This document shows positions 9,183-16,845 of a DNA stretch of 32,000 bases, piece after piece. The position numbers were made by a program, and so were the translations under genes. Position 1 is the first letter of the stretch; every line of letters begins with the position of its first letter. The DNA comes from Planctomycetales bacterium (GTDB taxonomy: Bacteria > 4484-113 > JAFGCY01): the NCBI GenBank assembly GCA_022646745.1, contig CP060262.1:4080262-4112261 (forward strand). The letters run 5' to 3'. Under the pieces are notes generated by a model. It was given only the letters and a program-made list of their open reading frames with translations, was not told the origin of the DNA and searched no databases.

Positions 9183-10256
9183 GTGGCAGACATCGGACTG
9201 ACACAGGCTGAGATTGATGCCATGCTCAATGGCGGCGGGGACGAGGATATGGGCACAATGCCGGCTGCCGCGCCCGCGATGGACACCCGCGCGCTGGCGG
9301 AGCTGGAGCGTGAGCTGCTGGGAAGCATTGCCGACGTGATGAACGCGATGACCGGTTTTGACTACCAGGTCAGCAATGTCGAGTACAGCACCCTTTCCAG
9401 CGGAGAAATCCGCGACCTGCTCGGAGATGACATTATCTTCAAATCCGCCGTTTCGGTGGATAAGCAGCCGCTGACACATTACTATGTCTATGATGCGGCG
9501 TTCGCCCGCAGCATCGCGGCTGCGCTCACGGGCGGTGACGACGATCCCGCCGCCGAGCTCAACGAGATGCAGGAGAGCGCACTGATCGAGGTCGTGTCGC
9601 AGGCCAACGGCAGCTACATGACGATGATCAACGCCCAGCTCAAGCTGGCAACGGATGCGCAGGCGATCGAGCGCGGCAGCATCGATGCACTGTCCGGGGA
9701 TGTAGTGGATGGACACCTCATCTCCACGATCACGCTGGAGAACAGCGAGGGTAACTCCGTCGTTGTGCGCCATGTGGTCAGTGGGGAACTGGCAGGCATG
9801 TTCATGAAGAAACTGAATGGAGAGGACGAGGCCCAGCAGCCGATGGCTGCGCAACCCGCCCCCCAGGCTCCGGCGGCACCGCCGGCTCAGGCGCCGCTGG
9901 CGCCACCACCTGCGTCGTCAATGCCCAACACCGGCACAACTGAATATTCACCGGCGCAGTTCAGCCAGATCTCAGAGCAGCGCACCACGGCTGACATCAG
10001 CAACCTGGACATCCTGCTGGATGTGCCGTTGCAGGTCACGGTCGAACTGGGCAAGACCCAGCTGCCGATCCGCACGATCCTCGAGTACAGCCAGGGCAGC
10101 CTGATCACGCTCGACAAGCTGGCAGGTGAACCGATTGATCTGTTAGTTAACGGTAAATATTTCGCAAAAGGCGAAGTTGTCGTGATAGACGAGAATTTCG
10201 GCGTTAGAATTACTTCAATACTATCGCCGGCGGACAGGTTGGCACAGCTCAGCTGA
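9183..10256 (+). CDS. fliY: flagellar motor switch protein FliY (FliN domain with N-terminal CheC-like extension)
   Basis: The C-terminus [65 protein letters not shown] is a FliN/SpoA domain. The N-terminus [13 protein letters not shown] repeats the CheY-binding peptide. 357 aa, similar to B. subtilis FliY. Confidence 0.9.
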   Translation: MADIGLTQAEIDAMLNGGGDEDMGTMPAAAPAMDTRALAELERELLGSIADVMNAMTGFDYQVSNVEYSTLSSGEIRDLLGDDIIFKSAVSVDKQPLTHYYVYDAAFARSIAAALTGGDDDPAAELNEMQESALIEVVSQANGSYMTMINAQLKLATDAQAIERGSIDALSGDVVDGHLISTITLENSEGNSVVVRHVVSGELAGMFMKKLNGEDEAQQPMAAQPAPQAPAAPPAQAPLAPPPASSMPNTGTTEYSPAQFSQISEQRTTADISNLDILLDVPLQVTVELGKTQLPIRTILEYSQGSLITLDKLAGEPIDLLVNGKYFAKGEVVVIDENFGVRITSILSPADRLAQLS

Positions 10257-10296
10257 GTCTGGCAATGATATCGAGTAAGCCCGGAGGCAATAAAAA

Positions 10297-10659
10297 ATGC
10301 CAAGTGTACTGATTGTTGATGACGCGGCCTTCATGAGGATGATGATCAAGGACATCCTCAGCAAGAATGGCCTTGAGGTTGCCGGTGAGGCCGAGAACGG
10401 CCAGGTTGCCGTCAACAAGTACAAGGAGCTCAAGCCCGACCTGGTCACGATGGACATCACGATGCCCGAGATGGACGGCATTGCGGCACTCAAGCAGATC
10501 CTGTCCGAGGATGGCAAGGCCAAGGTCGTGATGTGCTCGGCGATGGGCCAGCAGCAGATGGTGATCGAGGCGATCCAGGCCGGAGCGAAGGACTTCATCG
10601 TCAAGCCCTTCAAGCCCGAGCGCGTGATCGAGGCCATCACCAAGGTCATCAACAGCTAA
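10297..10659 (+). CDS. cheY: chemotaxis response regulator CheY
   Basis: Single 120-aa receiver domain: VLIVDDAAFMR..., DLVTMDITMPEMDG, and KDFIVKPF with the conserved Lys. GGAGG SD upstream. Confidence 0.93.
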   Translation: MPSVLIVDDAAFMRMMIKDILSKNGLEVAGEAENGQVAVNKYKELKPDLVTMDITMPEMDGIAALKQILSEDGKAKVVMCSAMGQQQMVIEAIQAGAKDFIVKPFKPERVIEAITKVINS

Positions 10660-10719
10660 TTACTTCTGGCAGCAAGAGGCTGCATATATCCGGTTGAGGA
10701 ACCGGGAAGGCGGAAAGCA

Positions 10720-12114
10720 ATGGGGAGATTGCGTTTCAGCCCGCGGATGCGGGCAATCCTTGCGGCATGCGTTGCCGCACTGGCACTGGCAACCCTGCCG
10801 GGGGCACCTGCACGCGCGGAGGAAAAACCGCAGGCAAGGGAACCACAACCTGCCAATCTGCAGGATTCCATCCTTGCCGACATCCCTGAGGAACCTGTCA
10901 ATCCGATGCAGGCGATCAGCGTGATGCTCGGCGGCGGCCAGCGGCCGGCGATGTCCGGCCTTCTCCCGCTGAGCCTGTTGTCAATGGATACTGATGCCGT
11001 GATCGGCACCTCACACTCGCAGTCAAGCGAGCTCGAGCTGCGCATGGAGCAGCTGCAGCTGGCCCAGCAGCGGGAACGGATCAACGCGCTCAGCACAGCC
11101 CTGGCACTCGATGACAACTTCTCAGCCGCTCGTTTCGGCAACTTCCCTGAGCCGCTGCCGCAGGTCACCGTCGCGCCAGCCATCTGCCAGGCTACCCCCG
11201 CAAAGGCCAGCTCCGGCAAGCCTGCTGCCACGAAACCGGCACAGCCTGGTAACACAAAGCAGCATCCGGTTGCCAATGGCAGTGCCGGTCCCCCTTCGTT
11301 CCGCGTTGCAGCAACAAGCGGCGACCCGCACGACCCTGAGTTCCGCCGCCAGACCATTGAGGAGCTGAACACCCTGCTGGCCAGCCTGCCGGACCCGGCT
11401 GAAGCCGGGCTGGAGGGATTGCCCGGCCAGGATGGCAATGTCGAAATGACTGACCCGGCAGAAGCGAGCAATGAGGTGGAACCCTACGGCGCGATTGGAA
11501 TGAGTGACAGTGGCTCGGGCTTCCATGGCATGCTGGACCTCAGCCATGATGAGCTGGACCAGGCGGAAACTGATGGCTACAGGGAGCCGGGTTCTGCCGT
11601 CAGCAGCTTCGGCGTGAAGATGGCGATCTTCACCGTCGGGATCCTGCTGCTGGCCAGCTTCCTGAAGGGCAAGGGCAACCCGCTGGCGCGGCTCAGCCGC
11701 CGCAGCATGAAGGTACTGGAAACAGTCAACCTCGGGCCGGGCCGCCAGATCATGGTGGTCGAGACCAGTGGCGCGAAGCTGGTGCTTGGTGTGACAGGCG
11801 GAGGGATCAACCTGCTTGATCGCATCCCCGATCAGGCCAGCGGCGAGGCTTATCGTGACAACATGGAGGACATCATCAGCCGTGAATCTCGGGCTGACGA
11901 GGACTCCTGGAAACAGCGGCCCGCACTGGACCTGCTGGATACCGCCACCCTGCGTGGCAACTCCGGAAGCACCGGAGAAGGACGCAGCATCAGCGTGGCG
12001 CAGCTGCGCCAGGCGCGCGCGAGCGCAGTTCCACAGCCAGCCAGCCGAGTGCCGGACCGCCATGCCGAGCTGCTCAGCCGCGTGCGCACCCAGCTTGAAA
12101 GGGTCAGGGGGTAG
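10720..12114 (+). CDS. fliO: FliO/FliZ-domain flagellar export protein with long N- and C-terminal extensions
   Basis: It lies directly upstream of fliP. TM helix VKMAIFTVGILLLASFL is followed by KVLETVNLGPGRQIMVVETSGAKLVLGVTGGGINLL, a FliO-like core. The N-terminal signal-like peptide and ~290-aa Pro/Ala/Gln-rich region are atypical. The true start is uncertain. Confidence 0.7.
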   Translation: MGRLRFSPRMRAILAACVAALALATLPGAPARAEEKPQAREPQPANLQDSILADIPEEPVNPMQAISVMLGGGQRPAMSGLLPLSLLSMDTDAVIGTSHSQSSELELRMEQLQLAQQRERINALSTALALDDNFSAARFGNFPEPLPQVTVAPAICQATPAKASSGKPAATKPAQPGNTKQHPVANGSAGPPSFRVAATSGDPHDPEFRRQTIEELNTLLASLPDPAEAGLEGLPGQDGNVEMTDPAEASNEVEPYGAIGMSDSGSGFHGMLDLSHDELDQAETDGYREPGSAVSSFGVKMAIFTVGILLLASFLKGKGNPLARLSRRSMKVLETVNLGPGRQIMVVETSGAKLVLGVTGGGINLLDRIPDQASGEAYRDNMEDIISRESRADEDSWKQRPALDLLDTATLRGNSGSTGEGRSISVAQLRQARASAVPQPASRVPDRHAELLSRVRTQLERVRG

Positions 12115-12117
12115 GCG

Positions 12118-12969
12118 ATGCTGGCAACACTGAAGCTAAAGCTTGCGATCCTGATCCGCCGCACAGGCACTCCCCTGCTCTGCCTGGCCTGCCTGCTGGC
12201 ATTGGCGGCCCCTGCCTTCGCGCAGGAGCCGGAGAGCGCGCCAGCACCTGAGAACGGCCTGAGCGTAAGCGCCGGCGACCTGAATGTGACCGTCAACAGC
12301 GGTGATGGCGATGCGGCCAGCATCTTCAAGATCATCGCGCTGTTCACCCTGATGACGGTGGCCCCGACCCTGATCCTGATGGTGACACCGTTCACGCGTG
12401 TGATCATTGTGCTCAGCCTGCTGCGCAATGCGCTTGGCACCCAGCAGAGCCCGCCCAACCAGGTGCTGATCGGCCTTGCTGTCGTGATTTCCGCATTCAT
12501 CATGATGCCGCGCCTGGCGGTGATGAATGACGAGGTGATCAAGCCCTACAACGCGGACGAGATTTCACTCGATGAAGCGCTGGCACTGGGCACCTCGCAC
12601 CTGCAGGAATTCATGTACCCCAATACGCGCACTCCGCACAAGCGCCTGTTCGCCCGACTGGCACGTATCGACTCCGATGAAATCCGGCTGGACTCACCGG
12701 ACAACGTGCATGCCCTGCCGCTGCATGTGCTGCTGCCGGCCTTCATCATCAGTGAGCTGACAACTGCATTCCAGCTCGGCTTCGTGATCTACCTGCCCTT
12801 CCTGGTGGTGGACATGGTGGTGGCCTCGATCCTGATGAGCATGGGCATGATGATGCTGCCACCGGTGCTGATCTCGCTGCCCTTCAAGCTCTTGATGTTC
12901 ATCATGGCCAACGGCTGGGCTGCGATCATCGAGGGCCTCGTCTCCAGCTACTGGGTCAGCCCAGGCTGA
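12118..12969 (+). CDS. fliP: flagellar type III export apparatus protein FliP
   Basis: Signal peptide, then the highly conserved FliP core TLMTVAPTLILMVTPFTRVIIVLSLLRNALGTQQSPPNQVLIGLA and MLPPVLISLPFKLLMF. Confidence 0.95.
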   Translation: MLATLKLKLAILIRRTGTPLLCLACLLALAAPAFAQEPESAPAPENGLSVSAGDLNVTVNSGDGDAASIFKIIALFTLMTVAPTLILMVTPFTRVIIVLSLLRNALGTQQSPPNQVLIGLAVVISAFIMMPRLAVMNDEVIKPYNADEISLDEALALGTSHLQEFMYPNTRTPHKRLFARLARIDSDEIRLDSPDNVHALPLHVLLPAFIISELTTAFQLGFVIYLPFLVVDMVVASILMSMGMMMLPPVLISLPFKLLMFIMANGWAAIIEGLVSSYWVSPG

Positions 12970-12999
12970 AGGTGGCCGGATGTGAGTCCGGCAAGGGAA

Positions 13000-13020
13000 G
13001 CCAAGCTGTAAGCTTGGCAA
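13000..13020 (+). repeat. partial copy of the twin-hairpin intergenic element (first hairpin only)
   Basis: The 21-mer GCCAAGCTGTAAGCTTGGCAA is identical to 28772-28792. It contains the 7-bp/3-nt-loop hairpin CCAAGCT-GTA-AGCTTGG. The second hairpin and closing stem are degenerate here. Confidence 0.6.
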
Positions 13021-13250
13021 CGGAGGTCAGTCGCAAGTCTGGCAACAGGCCCTGCGCCATGCTCTGGCAGCTCGGCCTGCAAGCAATGAGCAATGAAGAT
13101 TGAGCAATGAGCCTGTCAGGTGAATCGGAAGCCTGGCTCACTCCTCATTGCTCAGCACTCACTGCTATCGGGGTGCTGCATCCCGCGATGCAGGATGCTG
13201 CCGGGACATCATCACGTCATTCACAGTACTTGCTTCCCTTTCGCAACATG

Positions 13251-13284
13251 AAAAACCCGGACCACCATCGCTGGCAATCCGGGT
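13251..13284 (-). terminator. rho-independent terminator candidate for the Rieske/cyt b/octaheme operon
   Basis: On the - strand, ACCCGGA ... TCCGGGT (7-bp stem, 16-nt loop) is followed by TTTTT. It begins 33 nt downstream of the octaheme gene stop. The loop is long for a canonical terminator. Confidence 0.5.
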
Positions 13285-13316
13285 TTGTTCCAATCGGGAG
13301 TGTTGCTCAATCAGTT

Positions 13317-14957
13317 TTACTTGGTGCCGTAGCGTTCCTCCATCGCCTTGCGGATCCGCTCACTGGCATCCGCCGCACCTTCCACGAACCAGCTGTGTTC
13401 GGGGCGGGCCAGCACTTCATCAATCGTCGCATCCACCGCATCGGCCGCCGCAGTGTTGCCATCATGGCGGGCCTGTTCAGCCAGCTCGCGGGCCTGCGGA
13501 ACCAGCTCCATGTAGAAGCGTTCCGCCACCTCATACATGCCGTGCCAGTGGGTGTAGTCCGGCGCCATCATGCTTGCACCATGGCGGGCGCGGCGGCCCT
13601 CATGGTGCCAGAGGTAGAACCATGTCCACTCGATTTCCTCATCGAACTGAGTCGGGGACACCAGTCCGTTGTCACTGAGGGACTTCATGATCGTCGTACC
13701 CGGCTTGGCAAACTTCTCGTTGTAGAGGATCACTAGGTTGTCATACTGGTCATAGAACTTGTTCACGTAGTCCGGGCTGTGGCAGTGGCTGCACACCAGC
13801 TTCATGCGGCTGCGCTTGGCATCCGCGGTATCCGCAATCTTCTCCTGGCGGGCCTGCGGGTCAGTCTCTGTGACGATCTTGTGGTCGGCATCAGTGTCCA
13901 TGCGCACGGACACCGGCGGGCGGTTGGTCCAGGAGATGCGCTCGCCCGGGTCATGCGTGACCTCGCCGCCATTGCGGGAGTTGCCAGACATGTGGCAGGT
14001 GGCGCAGGTCGGGGCCGCGGAGTAGTCCACCCCAAGCACCCATTTCTCCGCATCCAGGTTCATCTCATCCTTCAGGTCGCGGAAGGCCACGCCATGCTTG
14101 CTTTCGTTGTAGATCTCCTCCTGCGGGTGGTCCGGGCCGAGGTGGCACTTGCCGCAGTTCTCCGGCTGCCGCGCGCGGCGCGGGCTGAAGTCATGGCGGC
14201 TGTGGCAGGCGGAGCAGGAACCGCGGGAACCGTCGAGGTTCAGGCGGCCGATGCCGGTGTTGGGCCAGGTCTGCGGGTCAAGCTCAGGCTTGCCCTTCGG
14301 GTCGCGCTTGACCATTGCCAGCACCGTCTGGTCCGTCGGCATGCCCTTCTCGTCAGGCTTCAGCTGCTCGAAGGTGATGATGCTGCCGTCGGTGCCGACC
14401 AGGCCGACCTTGCCGCCGTGGCACTGCTGGCAGCCCGAGTTGGCACTGGCCATGCCGCGCACGCTGGCAACGTCCATGCCGGGTGTTGGGCTGTGGGGGT
14501 TGAACTCCATCCGCGCACCTTCCACCGTCTCAGCGAGGAAGTTGTCAAGCGAGGCGAGGATGTTCCCGGCGGAGCTGTGGTGGCTCTTCTGGAACTGCTG
14601 GCTCTCCTTCGGATGGCACTTCGAGCAGTCCATCGGTGTGACGACCGTGGCAATCAGCTGGCCATAGTGGTCAAAGGCGTCCGCCTCACCCTGCTTGGCC
14701 TCATGGCACTCGTAGCAGGCCACACCCTTCTCGGCATGCGTGCTGCCCGTCCAGTGCGACACGATGCCGGGGGTCTCCTTGGTGTGGCATTCGACGCACT
14801 TGCTGGACGAAGCCGGAGAGGAGATGTGCTTCGGCGCCTGGCCGGTCTCGACCCGGCGCCGGCTGACCTCCATCGCCTGCACCAGCAGCAGCGACACCAG
14901 GAAGATGAATCCCAGCACCGCGATCACGATCTGTTTCATGTTCAAAGACATTGCCAT
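13317..14957 (-). CDS. octaheme c-type cytochrome, hydroxylamine oxidoreductase (HAO)-like family, N-terminally membrane anchored or secreted
   Basis: Eight CxxCH motifs: CVECH, CYECH, CSKCH, CQQCH, CSACH, CGKCH, CATCH, CSHCH. HAO-type context includes CSACHSRHDFS, CGKCHLGPDHPQEEIYNESKHG, PTCATCHM and the C-terminal WHHEGRRARHGASMMAPDYTHWHG. The start could instead be Met3 (14951), given AAGGAG placement. Confidence 0.88.
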   Translation of the reverse strand: MAMSLNMKQIVIAVLGFIFLVSLLLVQAMEVSRRRVETGQAPKHISSPASSSKCVECHTKETPGIVSHWTGSTHAEKGVACYECHEAKQGEADAFDHYGQLIATVVTPMDCSKCHPKESQQFQKSHHSSAGNILASLDNFLAETVEGARMEFNPHSPTPGMDVASVRGMASANSGCQQCHGGKVGLVGTDGSIITFEQLKPDEKGMPTDQTVLAMVKRDPKGKPELDPQTWPNTGIGRLNLDGSRGSCSACHSRHDFSPRRARQPENCGKCHLGPDHPQEEIYNESKHGVAFRDLKDEMNLDAEKWVLGVDYSAAPTCATCHMSGNSRNGGEVTHDPGERISWTNRPPVSVRMDTDADHKIVTETDPQARQEKIADTADAKRSRMKLVCSHCHSPDYVNKFYDQYDNLVILYNEKFAKPGTTIMKSLSDNGLVSPTQFDEEIEWTWFYLWHHEGRRARHGASMMAPDYTHWHGMYEVAERFYMELVPQARELAEQARHDGNTAAADAVDATIDEVLARPEHSWFVEGAADASERIRKAMEERYGTK

Positions 14958-14970
14958 CTCCTTGGCCCGC

Positions 14971-16020
14971 CTAGTGGGCGACGAGCGCTTCCCAGACAGT
15001 CAGCCCGACGATTGCCAGTACTGCGAGGATCCCGATGAATACGCTGGCTTCACTGCCAGGCCGGCGGCGGCGGATCGCGCCGTCAATCCATGGCCAGGCG
15101 AACATCAGGAACACGATTGCCCCGGTCGACATGATCGCCACGCGCTCCGGGAACAGCTTCAGCCAGCGGAACACCACGTAGAAGTACCACTCCGGCTTGA
15201 TCACTTCCGGCGTTGTCAGCGGGTCGGCGCGGTGGCCCATCTCCGCCGGCAGCACCGTTGCCAGCACGGTCAGCAGGATCACCAGCGTGGTGCCGATGAT
15301 GATTTCGGTGTAGAGGTGGTCCGGCAGGAAGTTGAAGGTCTTCCGCTCCTGCCGCTTTTCCTCCTCGCCCTCCAGCTCGGTCACACCCTGGATGCGGATC
15401 AGCACTATGTGCAGCGCGAACACCGCGAGGATCGCCATCGGCAGCGCCGCGCCGTGCAGGATGAAGAAGCGGCTGAGCGTATGGGAGTTGTAGCTGTCCC
15501 CGGCCAGCAGCATCTTCTTCATCACGCCGCCGACCAGCGGTACGTTGTCAGCGATGTTGGCACCGACGGTTGCCCCCCAGTAGCTGAGCTGCTCATACAC
15601 CAGGCTGTAGCCTGTGAAGCCGCAGATCACCGTCAGGAACAGCAAGAGCATGCCCACCACCCAGCTCATCTCACGCGGCTTGCGGTAGGCCCCGGTGAAG
15701 TACACGCGCATCTGGTGCAGCACTACGGCGGCGATCATCAGGATCGCGCCCCACTTGTGCACACTGCGGATGTACCAGCCGTAGGCCACCTCGTCAGTGA
15801 TGTAGGCCACGCTGTCCCAGGCATCCGCCGGGCTGGCCTGGTAGTAAAAGGCCAGCAGGATGCCGGTGAACAGCTGCACGAAGAACAGGTAGGCCGCGGT
15901 GCCGCCGAGGCAGAACCACCAGCGTTTCAGGTGGTTCGGCACGGGTTCGTTCGTCAATTCGCGGATCTGATCCCCGGTGACGGGGATGCGGTCGGTCCAC
16001 CAGCGCTGCAGTGCATTCAC
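14971..16020 (-). CDS. cytochrome b (fused b6 + subunit IV-like) of a Rieske/cyt b complex
   Basis: Motifs FCLGGTAAYLFFVQLFTGILLAFYY, RSVHKWGAILMIAAVVLH, RFFILHGAALP and the Qo-site motif PEWYF. I place the start at GTG 16020, 1 nt after the Rieske stop and 5 nt downstream of a GGAGG. The track's 16143 start would overlap the Rieske gene by 120 nt and add an Arg/Cys-rich non-homologous N-terminus. Confidence 0.9.
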   Translation of the reverse strand: MNALQRWWTDRIPVTGDQIRELTNEPVPNHLKRWWFCLGGTAAYLFFVQLFTGILLAFYYQASPADAWDSVAYITDEVAYGWYIRSVHKWGAILMIAAVVLHQMRVYFTGAYRKPREMSWVVGMLLLFLTVICGFTGYSLVYEQLSYWGATVGANIADNVPLVGGVMKKMLLAGDSYNSHTLSRFFILHGAALPMAILAVFALHIVLIRIQGVTELEGEEEKRQERKTFNFLPDHLYTEIIIGTTLVILLTVLATVLPAEMGHRADPLTTPEVIKPEWYFYVVFRWLKLFPERVAIMSTGAIVFLMFAWPWIDGAIRRRRPGSEASVFIGILAVLAIVGLTVWEALVAH

Positions 16021-16021
16021 C

Positions 16022-16561
16022 TCAGGCCTCCTGTGAGCCGCCGCCTGGCAGCTTCTCCATCGGCACGAGGATGTACAGCAGGCCGTCCTCAACCTTGAGC
16101 GGGAAGCGCGGCAGGCTCTGTCCGGCCTCCCCGGGAGGGCCACCGATGCCCTTGCCGCTCGGGTCGAATACGCCGTTGTGGCAGGGGCAGAAGTAGCGGT
16201 CGTTGTGTGCTTCCCAGTGCACCTGGCAGCCGAGGTGCGGGCAGGTGCTGGATAGCGCGATGAAGTCCGTCGCTTCCCCGCTCTCAGCCTGGCGTGTGAT
16301 GGTCACCTTGTCACCGCGCGGGGCCCGGTAGGCCAGTGAATCGCCCTTCAGGAAGCTGGCCACTGCAGCCACGAACTGCCATTCCTGCTCAGCGGGGTTT
16401 GCCGGGTAGAGGAATTCGACGGCCATCGAAGCAAAGCGGCCATAGCCTGCCAGCAATGCCGCCAGCATGGCCAGGCCACTGGCCTGGCGAAGGAATCCCC
16501 GCCGTGATCCTTCCTCAGGAACACCTGACGGAACTGATTGCTCGTCCTCATGGGCTGCCAT
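16022..16561 (-). CDS. Rieske [2Fe-2S] iron-sulfur subunit with Tat signal
   Basis: Twin-arginine motif SRRGFLRQA plus a hydrophobic helix. Cluster-binding boxes CPHLGC and CPCHNGVF. Confidence 0.92.
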   Translation of the reverse strand: MAAHEDEQSVPSGVPEEGSRRGFLRQASGLAMLAALLAGYGRFASMAVEFLYPANPAEQEWQFVAAVASFLKGDSLAYRAPRGDKVTITRQAESGEATDFIALSSTCPHLGCQVHWEAHNDRYFCPCHNGVFDPSGKGIGGPPGEAGQSLPRFPLKVEDGLLYILVPMEKLPGGGSQEA

Positions 16562-16845
16562 AATGTGGATAGTTTACGTCCATTATCTTTATTTGTAAAG
16601 AGATTCACGATATAAAATATCTGCGATTTCTAAAATCTGATTCACACAGTATCCCTTGTATTAACGGGGAGTAATGCTGATTGTTCCAATTGAATTGTTC
16701 TGATAGGTCTTATCGCAGTTACTGGCTATCCCAAAAACCGACTTTCATCTGGTGGAAGTTCTGTGGATTCCTGTGGATAGGTTTCCACGCGTGAAATCTG
16801 TTGTGATAGAATGTGCTATCTCAGGGTTGAGATAAGGGTTGAGAT
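16562..16845. promoter_or_regulatory. AT-rich divergent intergenic control region with DnaA-box-like 9-mers and short direct repeats
   Basis: Hand counts give 25% and 40% GC in the first two 60-nt lines. TGTGGATAG occurs at 16564-16572 and 16772-16780, and TGTGGATTC at 16762-16770. GATTCAC occurs at 16602 and 16639. An extended -10 TGaTAGAAT lies at 16804-16812. The repeat GGGTTGAGATA occurs twice at 16824-16846. Confidence 0.6.
16571..16599 (-). promoter_or_regulatory. candidate sigma70-type promoter of the Rieske operon (near-leaderless)
   Basis: On the - strand: TTTACA (16599-16594), 17-nt spacer, TAAACT (16576-16571), then 9 nt to the ATG at 16561 with no SD. Confidence 0.45.

Noticed and set aside
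8625-9854. 409-aa minus-strand ORF opposite fliM/fliY
   Set aside because: It spans the fliM-fliY junction on the opposite strand and has shadow composition, while fliM and fliY have strong family motifs.
12970-13316. Expected fliQ gene after fliP
   Set aside because: No ~90-aa two-TM ORF with an SD exists on the + strand in this spacer. The ORFs present are out-of-context shadows of the downstream minus-strand gene or of repeats.
13779-16098. 419-aa and 452-aa plus-strand ORFs (13779-15038 and 14740-16098)
   Set aside because: They are antisense to the octaheme cytochrome and cytochrome b genes, whose CxxCH and PEWY motifs make the minus strand the coding one.
16021-16143. Longer start (16143) for cytochrome b
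   Set aside because: The extension overlaps the Rieske gene and encodes an Arg/Cys/Ser-rich peptide unlike any cytochrome b N-terminus. The GTG at 16020 with an upstream GGAGG fits operon coupling.
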